The position numbers and the translations under genes were made by a program. A DNA stretch of 63,741 nt, filler included, from Albugo candida (taxonomy: Eukaryota), in NCBI GenBank assembly GCA_040437565.1. It is 53 parts of 53 records of this genome, joined end to end, with 100 filler letters (N's around TTAATTAATTAA, not from the genome) between each part and the next. Parts side by side here need not be neighbours in the genome. Positions count along the whole stretch, not along the records: positions 24,673 to 25,792 come from JBDOQK010000671.1; positions 25,893 to 27,011 come from JBDOQK010000672.1; positions 27,112 to 28,224 come from JBDOQK010000673.1; positions 28,325 to 29,433 come from JBDOQK010000674.1; positions 29,534 to 30,639 come from JBDOQK010000675.1; positions 30,740 to 31,843 come from JBDOQK010000676.1; positions 31,944 to 33,047 come from JBDOQK010000677.1; positions 33,148 to 34,248 come from JBDOQK010000678.1; 45 more parts are not named here. The stretch is one strand, 5' to 3'. The notes beneath the pieces were generated by a model. The model searched no databases. It had not been told where the DNA came from and saw only the letters and a list, made by a program, of their open reading frames with translations. Shown piece after piece: positions 25,166-38,447 of the stretch (positions are counted from its first letter, which is position 1; every line of letters starts with the position of its first letter).

Positions 25166-25792
25166 TCAGAAATGAACATTTCTCCCCCCCAACCAAAACA
25201 ACCATAATAACAAGCATAACAAGATCATCAATACTAATATAAGGTGAATATAAATCATAGTACTATCAGTAATAAGATAGTAGCAAGACAAGATTGATTT
25301 AATGAATCATCCCTATGATATTGTTTGACAAATAACAAACAACCCCCCAACACTACCATAAGCAGTCAATCAAAAATGGCTGCGCGCAAAGTGAATTACT
25401 TTCGCTAATGTAACAAAGGCGAAAGAGGAGAAGTCGATTAGTCGGCTTAGTATGGCATACAGTCATCGTGTGTAAAAGCTGACGAATGATAAGTCTTATT
25501 TAATAGGCTGATTTCGATAGTTAACGCGCTAAGTATTGGTGCTATTGTTTTCTGAGCCAAATTGGAAGATTTTAGTATCGGTTTTTATAATAGGGAAAAG
25601 TGAAAGCTAAGTTCTGCTATTGTTTGCGAGCCAAAAGGTTGCAAGCTTTAGTACGAGAGTGTAACAAGGTGGACCAACGTGCTACGAGTGTTATGCAGTG
25701 CTTTTGCGAGTATCTTATTGTCTTGGTGCGCTCGAAAGAGAATGCTCTAAGTATTGGTGCTATTGTTTGCGAGCCAAAAGGTTGCAAGCTTT
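25166..25792 (+). other. rDNA 3' ETS / intergenic spacer with subrepeats
   Basis: Follows LSU end; GCTATTGTTT..GAGCCAAAA(GGTTGCAAGCTTT) blocks at ~25540, 25615, 25758. Confidence 0.8.
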
Positions 25793-25892
25793 NNNNNNNN
25801 NNNNNNNNNNNNNNNNNNNNNNNNNNNNNNNNNNNNTTAATTAATTAANNNNNNNNNNNNNNNNNNNNNNNNNNNNNNNNNNNNNNNNNNNN

Positions 25893-27011
25893 AATAGGTT
25901 CAATAGGATCAGTAGCCACATGTTCAATAGCTTCAATAGGTTCAATAGGTTCAATAGGATCAGTAGCCACATGTTCAATAGCTTCAATAGGTTCAATAGG
26001 TTCAATAGGATCAGTAGCCACATGTTCAATAGCTTCAATAGGTTCAATAGGTTCAATAGGTTCAGTAGCCACACATTCAATAGCTTCAATAGGTTCAATA
26101 GGTGTAATAGATTCAATAGGTTCAATAGGTTCAATAGCCACACGTTCAATAGAATCATCAGCCTTGGCTTTTTTAGCTAGTCTTTCTGATTTACGTTGTG
26201 GCTCGCTCATTACTCTTCTTTTTCTCTTTTTAGTAATAGAATGAGTAGATTTAGCAGTTTCAGGTGAGTAGAGTAGAATTGGTTCAGCAGGGCCAGGTTC
26301 AACACGAGTAGGCTCACTTTCAGCATGAGATTTAATGAGTGGAATAGATTCAGCAGTTTCAGGTGAGTAGAGTAGAATTGGTTCAGCAGGGCCAGGTTCA
26401 ACACGAGTAGGCTCACTTTCAGCATGAGATTTAATGAGTGGAATAGATTCAGCAGTTTCAGGTGAGTAGAGTAGAATTGGTTCAGCAGGGCCAGGTTCAA
26501 CACGAGTAGGCTCACTTTCAGCATGAGATTTAATGAGTGGAATAGATTCAGCAGTTTCAGGTGAGTAGAGTAGAATTGGTTCAGCAGGGCCAGGTTCAAC
26601 ACGAGTAGGCTCACTTTCAGCATGAGATTTAATGAGTGGAATAGATTCAGCAGTTTCAGGTGAGTAGAGTAGAATTGGTTCAGCAGGGCCAGGTTCAACA
26701 CGAGTAGGCTCACTTTCAGCATGAGATTTAATGAGTGGAATAGATTCAGCAGTTTCAGGTGAGTAGAGTAGAATTGGTTCAGCAGGGCCAGGTTCAACAC
26801 GAGTAGGCTCACTTTCAGCATGAGATTTAATGAGTGGAATAGATTCAGCAGTTTCAGGTGAGTAGAGTAGAATTGGTTCAGCAGGGCCAGGTTCAACACG
26901 AGTAGGCTCACTTTCAGCATGAGATTTAATGAGTGGAATAGATTCAGCAGTTTCAGGTGAGTAGAGTAGAATTGGTTCAGCAGGGCCAGGTTCAACACGA
27001 GTAGGCTCACT
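25893..27011 (-). CDS. Contig-spanning repeat protein: 33-aa repeats, basic NLS-like linker, 20-aa EPI repeats (both ends truncated)
   Basis: 99-bp unit reads SEPTRVEPGPAEPILLYSPETAESIPLIKSHAE (~7.7x) in frame with KKRKRRVMSEPQRKSERLAKKAK and (VATDPIEPIEPIEAIEH)n; no stop in 373 codons. Confidence 0.75.
26250..27011. repeat. Perfect 99-bp tandem repeat
   Basis: AACACGAGTAGGCTCAC at 26301, 26400, 26499 and onward. Confidence 0.97.
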
Positions 27012-27111
27012 NNNNNNNNNNNNNNNNNNNNNNNNNNNNNNNNNNNNNNNNNNNNTTAATTAATTAANNNNNNNNNNNNNNNNNNNNNNNNNNNNNNNNN
27101 NNNNNNNNNNN

Positions 27112-27939
27112 AGCAGGTGTAGTGGCAGGAGCAGGTGTAGTGGCAGGAGCAGGTGTAGTAGTAGCAGGTGTAGAAGTTACATCTTCTTCAGCAAAGCCTT
27201 CAATTAAAACATCAGTGGTGTTTTCGGTATTCACATTCAAGTTCTCTCTAGTAACTCTGCCGTTATTTGTAGATGTCCTAGTGATTGCAGCAGGTCTAGT
27301 GGCAGTACTAGATTGAACAGTTCTAGCAGGGTGAGTTGCAGCGTTATCAATTACTAACCTCTTCATCGCGTCGAAGTGGGCCCAGGTGATTGAAGGGTTA
27401 AAAGCAACCCCTCTTCCGGTTGCTAAAGTCTCTTGGAGAGCAAGCTTTTTATATTTCTTTACAAAGTAAAGAAACTTGGAAGAGCAGAACGTGGAGTCAA
27501 CTTTATCCCTGAACGACTGAGGAAGCTGTTGATACTGGTCATGCTCTTGAAAAGCGACGACGAAATCACTCCAAATATGACCCAACTTAGCCTTGTTTGC
27601 GTTGCCTGCCTGTTTAGCTTTTCTTGCTGTATCTTCTTGTCTCATAACTTCCAAGAAAAGAGTGGTTGCCGCAAAGGTCCATACTCTGGCGTTGCCATGC
27701 TGGGCAACAGGAACCTCGTCCTCGGCCTCCTCCTCATTACTATTTATGTCATGGTTTCCATCTTCGTCTTCTACCTCTCCTACTCCTCGAGGTTCGGCGT
27801 CAGATTCATCACCACTTTCATGTTCCAAAACCGTATCATTACTGTTGATCTCCTCCTCCTCTTGCACTTGATTGTTGGCCCTTCTCTGATTGCGCATGGT
27901 AGGAATATCTTGAGCTGTCAAATTAATAAAGTTGGACAT
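27112..27939 (-). CDS. Myb/SANT-like (trihelix) DNA-binding protein, probable PIF/Harbinger accessory ORF, 3'-truncated
   Basis: Acidic N-terminus; VWTFAATTLFLEV..IWSDF..CSSKF..FVKKYKK..WAHFDAMKRL spacing; 18-bp PATTPA repeats at end. Confidence 0.65.
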
Positions 27940-29533
27940 AGTAAGGTTTGTTATATTTTATTGAAGTAAAAATAAGAATAAAGAAAAGAAAAGATTTTTT
28001 AAAAATTTCTGAAGTAAATTGAATTTACTTTCGTGAATTCAGATTTCCTTTTTGAGACGTGTTTTCAAGTGTATACCCTCTGATTTCGAGGGGAACACAC
28101 TCAATTTTGATTGCTATATTTGGGAATCGAGTGACTACTTTTGATTTCCAAATATATCATAAAATTGATTTTTATTGTAAAAATTATTTTTTAAAAAATT
28201 TTGGGACCGACTACGTGAGCGTCTNNNNNNNNNNNNNNNNNNNNNNNNNNNNNNNNNNNNNNNNNNNNTTAATTAATTAANNNNNNNNNNNNNNNNNNNN
28301 NNNNNNNNNNNNNNNNNNNNNNNNACGCCTTAAACAAACAGAAATATGAAAAGGGGGAGGGTCAAGGGTTTAAGAAAGATAGATTGAAAAATAAAATAGG
28401 TAAAAAGTTTTTAAATAAAAGCTTTTTATTATTTTTTTTGAGAGTTTGTCTTTTTTTGTTGTATTACTAAAAAAGAATTGACTTCCTTGATAATAAGAGA
28501 AAGGTTATTATTATTATTTTTGCTGCTGAAAAGTGTCCTTTTTTTTTTGAAAAGAAGAGAGGGCAAGTTCCTATTTATATTTTTTTAAAAAATAAAAAGA
28601 AGCTTGTATAAAATTTGTAAAGTTGGTAAAGAAGATGAAAAAAAGAAATTTCTAACCTCGTTCTCCCTATTTTTATCCACTCACTCACGGAGTTCAAACC
28701 CGACAAGTAATATGACTTTGAACTGCCACGCAATTAAATAAATTTTTGTTTGTTCTAAGCCGATTCAGGCAATATAATTGTTTTTTATTAAACCTCAGTC
28801 TTTTTTTAAGTTTTGGTAATAGACATGTCTACATTTCTTTTCTGCAGATTTATGCTATGAAACACTATGAAAACACATCATATAGAGCTTACGTCAGCTG
28901 TATTAAAGCTAAATATGTTTACTAATGAATTTCTAAAGAGTTCTTGCCTTTACAATTGCACTATTAACAAGTGTTTTGCTTTGGTACATTGGGAATTTCT
29001 TGGAACGGGGAACCGCGCAAAGGTTATTTAGAATTCAATAACCTTTTTGTTTCGCCGCGCTCTCTTCTGTATTTCACGACAACAACAACAAATTTATTGT
29101 GACCTTTTTAATAACTAGGAAATTTTTTTGTGGCCCTGAATTTTAAAGTTGATACAGTCGAGCTTGCTTAATAATAAAAAAGATGATGTCAAAAAATAGT
29201 AAAAGAATTTAATAGAACTCAAAGTAGCTATTTTGAGTAAGAATAAGCTTTCTGTAGCAAAAAACAACCGACGTAATTTAAGTGTTACATATCACAATGT
29301 GTCGTGCTGATTCACAAAAAAAAAAATAACACTTTACATTATTAATTGACCCTTTAATTGAAACGAGGAGTCTTTATGAGACTGTTAATGAAAATTATTG
29401 ATTTTTCTTTCCTAGGAACGCTATTCCCAAAAGNNNNNNNNNNNNNNNNNNNNNNNNNNNNNNNNNNNNNNNNNNNNTTAATTAATTAANNNNNNNNNNN
29501 NNNNNNNNNNNNNNNNNNNNNNNNNNNNNNNNN

Positions 29534-30639
29534 CTGCTTGGCCAGATCGCGATCGTCCAACGTGGCAATGAAATGTTCCACATGTTCACGACGAGTGTCT
29601 GCCGTGGCCGTCCTCTCGTCTCGGATCGCGATCTTGGCATGCTTAGCCGCGACATTTAGGCGGTGTAAGTACTCCTGCGGATTTTCATCCGATCGTTTCC
29701 GTGCGAGATAGTATTGTCTGGCCAGAGACACCCCTTGTCCTCCATACTGTACCATAAACTCATCCAGCAGTCTCTTCCACTTCTTCCGAGTAGATCGACT
29801 CAGTTGGTTGTACCAGTTTCGAGCGGGTCCTGTCAACAGATCTCCGAAAACCAAACACTTCTCCTCATCTGGTGCTTGATCGCGCAAGAAGGCTGATTTA
29901 ACCTTGCTGATCCAGCTTCTGGCCCGATCTTCATCTCGATCCTTGCCACTGAATTCTTTTAGCTCCGTCATCGCCGACACTCTGATACGTTGGGGTATGC
30001 TACCACCGTCTTGCAACGTCTCGGTTGTAGCTACCATAGCGTGTCTACGATCTTCTTGTCCCGAATCATCGGGATCGATGTCATCAGGATCAAAAAACTC
30101 CGGATGATGGGTGTACGACTGCACCGATTCCATCTCCACGTCGGGTGTGTATCTTTCAAGAGATCTAGCAGGCTTGATCCTTTGGCTTGGGTAGATCGCT
30201 TGATACGCCCGTTTCTGTTGATCTTGGCGAAAGCGTTCCATGGCCTCGTCGAGGTACGTCTGCAGGAGTCCTTGCGTAGTAGTCGTCTTCTGCCCTTTAG
30301 CGCCTGTGGCCTTCGATCGCGAGTTCATCTTCACCGATTCGACTCGATCGCATAGCAGTGCTGCACCACTTGGGCCTAGAGACATCCGTTGGATGCCGAC
30401 CGAATCGTCCGACTCCATTTCTGATTCCGCCGAGGCATATTGAGACGATCCGGTATGATAACCTCTCGGGACCTCGGCGATCGTCGCAACTGCTCGATCC
30501 GCGGATTCGCGTTTCCCCGTCAGAGGAATTGACGATCCGGTATGATGGCCTTTCGGGCCATCGGCAAGCGTCCCCACCGCTTGACCTGCGGATTCGCGCC
30601 TTCCCGTCAGGGGAATAAGCTTGTCATATAGCGATCGAC
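29534..30639 (-). mobile_element. Ty3/Gypsy gag, Phytophthora/oomycete type
   Basis: RIRVSAMTELKEFSGKDRDEDRARSWISKVKSAFLRDQAPDEEKCLVFGDLLTGPARNWYNQL..ARQYY.ARKRSDE.P.EYL.RLN; 87-bp repeats at 30444 and 30531. Confidence 0.9.
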
Positions 30640-31943
30640 NNNNNNNNNNNNNNNNNNNNNNNNNNNNNNNNNNNNNNNNNNNNTTAATTAATTAANNNNN
30701 NNNNNNNNNNNNNNNNNNNNNNNNNNNNNNNNNNNNNNNCGTATGTCTTGCTATTTTTAGTATGAAAAAAATGTTAATATTAATCTCTCGGTACTGAGGC
30801 TTAGTCAGTCAGAACTTAGCTTGGCCAAGCTTTTCATAAATATGTGTTTGGAGAAGAGGTGATCTATACACTCTAACTTGAATCATTACCGCTATCTTAA
30901 TTTGAAGCTATAAGCTTACAAATACACACCACGAGAGCCATTCCATAAAAAATGTGTAGAGTTTAGATACTCTTTTCTCAATCAATTTTTTATATATATG
31001 TAACCGAAACTTTTTTATAACTCATCATCAGCCACTATTAGAAAAAATGATGGTTCCTGATAAAAAGAGGGCGTTTATCCTCGGAGGAAACAACATCCCT
31101 TCTTGGCATTTCCTATTTTAAGCTCTATTTTGGATGATCAAAATAATAACAACAAGAAAAAATATTAATTAATAAGTGCCTTTTAATACATTTCTTTCGA
31201 AAAAGAGAACTTCCCTTAGTTATACCTGGCAGAAAAATAAACACTTGTAACTTTTTGAAAAGTCGAACTGATTAGATAACTGCATTACTTGTGGCGCCAC
31301 TCTTATGCACTTGTAGTTGGTAGGGAACTTTTTTTTATTACACAAACATTTTCCTTTTTTAATCGTGTCACACAGAAAACAGAAAACTCTTGCCAAACGC
31401 TGGAACACATTTTTGTAAAATACTACACAATTGGTAAAGGTAATGAAAAATATTATAGAACCCAGAAGAAATATAAGATACTCACAAATAGTGAAAAAAT
31501 GATTTGAAAGAGTAAAAAGAAATCTTTGTTTTGCATTTACGCATAATAGGCTTATTGTTTATCAAAACTGTCGTTTTTCAAAAGATGAAAACTATTGAAG
31601 CTTTGAACTGAGCAGTAGCAACACTCAATATCATACAGGTTATATTTGGAATGATATATACATTACGGCTGGTAAATGTTGTTACTTTATGAAAAATAAA
31701 TGTCGCTAAGCCAAGAACAAGTTTCAGGTCGAAAAATAAACTTGGTTTGCTTCGCCATGAAAACCTTTTTTATCTTTGTTGTACAACCACCTCTGGTTTA
31801 CATAACCACGGACATTAGTTTTAAATTATTATCTGATGCATCANNNNNNNNNNNNNNNNNNNNNNNNNNNNNNNNNNNNNNNNNNNNTTAATTAATTAAN
31901 NNNNNNNNNNNNNNNNNNNNNNNNNNNNNNNNNNNNNNNNNNN

Positions 31944-33047
31944 TTACTGCCTTTTGTTTAATCCTATCTAAGTTATACATTTACATATAACATTTTTGGT
32001 GAGGCTACCAGGGGTTTTCGTTGTCGATTCGCAGTCAGAAAGGTTTAACTGAAGATTTATATACAACTTGTCAGTGGATTTGTGCACTAGAAGATTTATT
32101 GGAATAGAGAACTACTATACTATTATTTTATTATTTGGATTATTATATTGCTATTTGGAGAATAGTAATTGTATTTTTGGATTTATTTTGGATTTGATTT
32201 TGTTTATGAGTGAACAAGAACAAAATAATAGTATCATAGAGACAACAAACAAGAATTTAACTAGAACATACAAATCAATTTACGGTACAAAAAATCAAAA
32301 GAAAGGACCTTTAAGAGATTTGGAAAATAATATGACAGATATGAACAACAAAAACATCAGTAATCTCATTGGAAAACCTGATGTATTTACAGGAGAAAGA
32401 AAAGATGGAAAAGCTTTGTTATGGATTAGACAAATGCAGAGAATTAAGAAAGGTTTGGATTTGAGCGACGAGCAGATATTAGTGATTATTGGAAGTCATT
32501 TGAAAGGTAATGCTGAAGAATGGTGGTCTATTCAAGAAGATTTGATAGATACGTGGGCTCAATTTGTTGCAGAGTTCAAGAGAAATTTTGCAAATAGCGA
32601 GTTACAAACGACCATGTGGTGGAACGAATTAGATAATGTGGAACAACGTGCTGGTGATACTGTGGATGATGTGAAGATGAAAATGGAACAATTGTGTAAT
32701 AATTTAAATGTCGATAGAAACAATGAACTGATGATCAGAAAATTTTACAAAGCTTTAAGAAAAGATTTACAGTATGAACTTGATCGTGATAATGCTGCTT
32801 TTACTAAGTGGGAGGATATTACCAATGAAGCAAGTAGAATAGAATTAGTACACAAAAAACATGGAATTGTAGAATCATCATATACCAATCAAGCGGTTGT
32901 ACCTGTGGTACCTACTGCTAGTCATATTATTACACCATCTACATCAGCCAGCAACATGAGAGTAATTAATAATAATGGAGTTCAAAATGAGAGCGTGGTT
33001 AATACTGTTTTGAGTTCAACTTTACAAAATTTATGTGATACAATGGA
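31944..33047 (+). mobile_element. Ty3/Gypsy 5' end: LTR end, PBS and gag (ATG 32206)
   Basis: ...ATAACA then TGGTGAGGCTACCAGGGG PBS (31997-32014); gag KPDVFTGE..WIRQM..LKGNAEEWW..TWAQFVAEFKRNF..Q..GDTVDD. Confidence 0.88.
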
Positions 33048-33356
33048 NNNNNNNNNNNNNNNNNNNNNNNNNNNNNNNNNNNNNNNNNNNNTTAATTAAT
33101 TAANNNNNNNNNNNNNNNNNNNNNNNNNNNNNNNNNNNNNNNNNNNNCATATTTCTATAGTCTCAATCATATATAAACCCCGTATAATTTCTTTCTAAAA
33201 AGATTTAACTAATTTTACTTTAATAAAATACTACAAAAAGTCCTAATAGTATTCAACTTGACTATTTTATTATTGTGAGATTACAACATTTTTTACTATT
33301 AATTACTTTCTATGTTTATTATTATTATTTATCTTGTTATTATTATTATTACAACT

Positions 33357-34248
33357 ATGGCAAGTATCAATGAATCTGGTGTAACCGTCGAGGCTGGAGA
33401 AAAGTCTTATGAAAAAATTATTTCATTGTTACAAGAAAAGGTGGCTACGTATTGTGGTGCTGTAGAGAAAGCTCTGTTAGCTGGTGATGACGATGAAATT
33501 ATCAATGCGTTGGTAGTCAAACAATCTACTGCTGAAAACAATCTAAATTTTTATGTCGGTTTACAAGAAAAGGCTGACAAGGCTAATAAAGGTGATGATG
33601 AAACGACGAAGCAAGCAGAAAAAAAGCATTTTATTTCTATATCAAGAAAAGATATTCCTCACTTTCAACTCAAGTCTGATATACCTGTTTTATTTCCCAA
33701 CGAAATCAAGTTTGAATCTGTGACATTGTTTTTGGAAGTGTTTGAAAGTACTTTATTATCTGGTAATTTGGACTTGGAAAACAGTTGGAGAGAAATGTTT
33801 CCTATATCATTGCATCCTGATCACTTTGGGTGGTACAAAAGAGAGGTGGTCAACGTGGCTAAAACGTGGGAAGATGTGAAAAATTTGATGAACAAACAAT
33901 TTGGGAACCAACAACAATTAGGTGCTAAAATTGAGGATCTATGGACGACAAAAATGAACGACTCTGAATCCATTAATGAGTATACTGAACGTTTCCTGAA
34001 GGCCATTGAAGAGGCGGGATCAGATGACTATGAATGTGTAAAAATTGGGTCGTACTTTGTTAGCTCATGCATTGCCAAGGTGAAAGCAACCTTTTATCAA
34101 GCCTGGTACACAAATCACACTCAAGAAGACAAGTACACGGTAAAAGAAGCTGCTGGTATTATGAGAAACATTCTTGGTGGTAGTTGGTCTTTTGATAAAT
34201 GGCTCAAGGATGATCAAGAAAGTAGAAGAACAGCGGTGACTAGAGCTG
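33357..34248 (+). mobile_element. Retrotransposon gag (Mucorales Ty3-like), 3'-truncated
   Basis: DIPHFQL..FESVTLFLEVFE..LDLENSW..WY..TWEDVK..F..L...KMNDSESINEYTERF. Confidence 0.8.
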
Positions 34249-34915
34249 NNNNNNNNNNNNNNNNNNNNNNNNNNNNNNNNNNNNNNNNNNNNTTAATTAA
34301 TTAANNNNNNNNNNNNNNNNNNNNNNNNNNNNNNNNNNNNNNNNNNNNCTCTTGTAAGAAACCAGTTCAAAGAAGCGCATCAAAATAACTATATCGTGAA
34401 AAGCAAGCTTCTGGTTTCGTAGTTGATTTAATTATGATGATAGACGAGTGACTAATATTTGTAAACAGTGACTGATTAATTTTTCTTATTTAGTCAAAAA
34501 AGTATTTATTGTTCTTTTCTTACTTTCTTTTTCTTTTTACAACAATTATTATGGTATACACACTATTTTCAAGAAGCCTGCTATAACCATTTTTTGCATC
34601 TGCTCTTGAAACTCAAGCTAATGAAAAGGCACCGCTTCTTGGGATAGGCTGTTTACTTGTGCAAGTTTATCGGTTTGGATGATGGAGGTCAGACATCACC
34701 TTGGAATAGCTCTACCGCCTTCTTTTATCTTTGCCGTACTCTTGTTTATCTACACGAAGTTATTTTAAAGTGAAATACGCTTCAACATAATGAAGATCAG
34801 CAAACCTAAAGCGCAGCGTAAGAGTTTTGCTACCGGAATGTAGTAGAAGCTTGAAGTAGAATGTGTTTATCAAATTCGTCGCCTCAAATCCTAATAGCTC
34901 TCAACCATAAAGTTG

Positions 34916-35447
34916 ATGACTATTTTTTTTACTAAAAGCCCTCAAGATTGGTCCTTTGACGACTACTTGATGTACAAGGAAAAGCCCGACGTTGTTGACA
35001 AGAAAGAATGGGAGGTTTTCTGTAACAACCTCAATTTGATATCAAAAAGTCAAGATACCGACTGTGAGGTTAAAATGACTGTGGAACGTCTTTTGAAGTC
35101 TCAAAACACGGTATGTAACTGTCAAACTTTAGTTTTTATGATTTTCCGTTGTCATATCTATGATAGTGATTTTAAAATATCGTTTTCAATTTTGTTGATA
35201 TATATTACTAGTGTAGGACATGTGCGAGTCCATTCAAAGACTATCTTCTTCCAAAGGAAAAAAATGAAGCACAAGACCCTAACGGTGAAATCCTACGTGC
35301 ATGAACTCGAGTCTCTGACCACATTCTTTTTCTTTGCAAAGACCAACATAGCGAGATTGTGGAAGAAAAAATTTCTTTGGAAACACTGCAGGAACTGACG
35401 GCTTTCCTTGAACAAAAGATAATAAACCATAATCTTAACTTTCCCTT
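34916..35447 (+). pseudogene. N-terminus of a Mucorales multicopy hypothetical family, degenerate
   Basis: FFTKSPQDWSFDDY motif; probable intron ~35111-35211; downstream frame breaks. Confidence 0.35.
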
Positions 35448-37236
35448 NNNNNNNNNNNNNNNNNNNNNNNNNNNNNNNNNNNNNNNNNNNNTTAATTAAT
35501 TAANNNNNNNNNNNNNNNNNNNNNNNNNNNNNNNNNNNNNNNNNNNNGCAATACTATCTCACTTGGGACGCTACAGAAAAAATGAAGCTACTCATGGAAA
35601 GCAATGTTCTCCACAAGATTCCCTTGCCATCACTCCAACAACACCAAAGGATTATAGACGCTTGATCGCTACTGATAATACTCGCATACAAGCAATATTT
35701 GTACGCTGCAATACTATCTCACTTGGGACGCTACAGAAAAAATGAAGCTAATCATGGAAAGGAACATTCCCTTCCCACATGGAAAAAATCGATTAATAGG
35801 GCTATTTTTTTGATGACGTTTGCGATATTTTAGGCCAATCAAAATTTAAAACAATATAATACGCTTGAGTTGCTGAGATTGAACATATTATGGAGGAAGT
35901 AGGTAGATAGAAGAAGATTATGATTTAGGATATATAGATAATGTTTGTTTAATAAAGAATTGATTGATACCTTTAATATTTAGGAATCGATGTAAGTTGT
36001 AATTCAGCTTTCTAGAAGCTGCTGCTGAAGTTTCATGGAAGTTTCGAGTAAAGGGCCCGCTAGACACCTTGTCAAGATTTTACGCACCTTCGAAACCCAA
36101 AGGCAAAGTCAAAGGCGTCCTTCTTGGTAAATATCTCTAGTTTGTCATGATTAAATCTGGTGCTTGGCACAAATTCTGCAGGCAGTCCACATGGCATTAG
36201 TAATATATCATTAGAAAAATGCGGTTGATTTATGCACGTCTAATTAAATACGTCACGAAGTATTTTATCACATTTAAAAAAGATAATATACAGTTCATGT
36301 TCAGAAATGCTGTTTACCTTTTTTTTTTTTAAAAAAAAAGAAAAAAATCCTGGCTAACGTATGTAACCGGGTCAGTAAGTATGTAAATCGTCTGCGTATC
36401 AAGAGTTGCCCAAAAAGAAATTCACCATGCAGAACGAGAAAAAGCGCTTGCCAGTGGATATCAATTCTGGAAGGAATGGCAAGTCATAGGCAAATTAATT
36501 GAAGCTCTCAAAATTATTTTCTTATTAATTTAAAGCAATTTATAATGCTTAAAAAACGCTCTGAACCGTCATCTCTGGAAACTGTAAGATAAGCGGGACA
36601 AGAAGGTAAGTCTTTGTTTGTATGTTATGAATGGTTACTAACAATNNNNNNNNNNNNNNNNNNNNNNNNNNNNNNNNNNNNNNNNNNNNTTAATTAATTA
36701 ANNNNNNNNNNNNNNNNNNNNNNNNNNNNNNNNNNNNNNNNNNNNTACTGAATTAAGCAAGTTTTTTTATAATTTTATTTTTTTGTCCTTTACATGAAAT
36801 TTGACTGAGTTTGAAGGGACTATGTAAAATTAATAAACTTTTCTTCAAGTTGTAGTAGTAGACCACTACGCTTAGTGAATAGAATACCTATTCTTAGTCA
36901 AGCTATATAAAAGTTTCTTGTAACAGCGATATGAGCCAGTAATTTATTATCTCAATGTCAATGATAACAAAAAACTAATACATATCTCTTAACGCAAAAT
37001 TACACGCTTTTTAAGAAGAAAATAAATCAGGGCAGCTTAGAACTTTTAGAGGAATCATCGATTAATCAATTATCGTTTATCACCTCTGGTTTTTGCATAA
37101 ATCTGTCTATAAACGACTACTGACGTTATAGTTTTATAACCATTGCCTCATCATAATAAATCTTTCTTCTCTCTCTCACTTCTTTCACAGACCTTTTCCC
37201 TTTTTCTTTTTTCCCCAACAATTTCATAATAACAAT

Positions 37237-37842
37237 ATGGTTATTCCTGCTCAAGCTCGTAATGTGTCTACAGCGACTGGCAACACCAGCGTAACAAAAA
37301 TCCCCAAAACCCGAGTCTTTTTAGAATACCCATGCTACATCTGTGGTGATATGTTAAGTAGAGCCAAGAACGCCATTGATCATGCCAACAGAATCCACGG
37401 TTTCGATATTCCTTCTCGTTTACAAGGTCGTAAACGACCTCAAGATGATTTTTATGAATATATTCGTGATCGAAATGCTGAAGTAGACGAAATGCATTAT
37501 AGTTGTGCTTCATGTTGGTTTCATTGTCCTGAAGATGAAAATGGTATTCAAACTTTAAATGCTCATGTACGTCAAGAACATGATCCTATCAAGGTCGATG
37601 AGTCAAAAGAAGGTGATGATGTGACTCAAGTTGGTACTAAAGGAAATAGTCGAAGACTCGGCAGTGTCGATCCTGATGGTGTACAACGTGGTAGTGGTCA
37701 TGGAGATCGTGGTCGTAATCAAACTAGTGAAAGTAAAGGAAGTACCAGTAGAAATGACGGTAGAAGCGACGGTGATGATAAAAGTAAAGAGAGTAGCGGT
37801 GATCAAGGTAGAAGAGGTAGTAGTGTGGATCCTGATGGTGTC
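37237..37842 (+). CDS. C2H2 zinc-finger protein with low-complexity G/S/R/D tail, 3'-truncated
   Basis: YPCYICG..HANRIH and YSCASC..LNAHVRQEH; repeated GSVDPDGV. Confidence 0.75.
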
Positions 37843-38447
37843 NNNNNNNNNNNNNNNNNNNNNNNNNNNNNNNNNNNNNNNNNNNNTTAATTAATTAANN
37901 NNNNNNNNNNNNNNNNNNNNNNNNNNNNNNNNNNNNNNNNNNATTATAGAGTATTAGCTTTTCAAGTTTTACAAATCTGCAGCGGAGAAACTAATATAAC
38001 GTGAGGAGAAAAGAAAAGTTTTTTTTTTTACATTTTTTTTCGTTCTTTCTCTCCTTCTCTTTTTTCTTCATTCTTCACTTGTTCAGTTGCTGTCTTATAG
38101 TAAATTAACAACATGTATTAGGAATTCATGTAGTTAACCGATCAGATTGCTTGAAATCTTCGAAATCATTTAAACGAATGTAGTCAAAAGACAGTTTTAA
38201 AAGGGTTTTTTTTTATTATTATTTCCCTTTTACTCTCAATACTCGCGATAGTGGTAATAAAAGCATTTATCAATTCAAAAATAATGCTTGTTGAAGCTTA
38301 TTAATTTTTCATATTCTATCTTAATAGATCCTGCTTTTTCGTTATGTACTGCTTTAAACAAAAAAACTTGAAAAAAGACGTATAAAAGTTGAAACATGTA
38401 AATTATTTTATTACGAAAAAAAAAAAGAAGCTATTATACATCATTTA

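Noticed and set aside
26210..27010. 266-aa Leu-rich repeat ORF
   Set aside because: Shadow frame of the 99-bp repeat; another frame runs through the whole contig
35548..35760. Direct repeat of ~50 bp at 160-bp spacing
   Set aside because: Real but cut by the contig edge; no function or family can be supported
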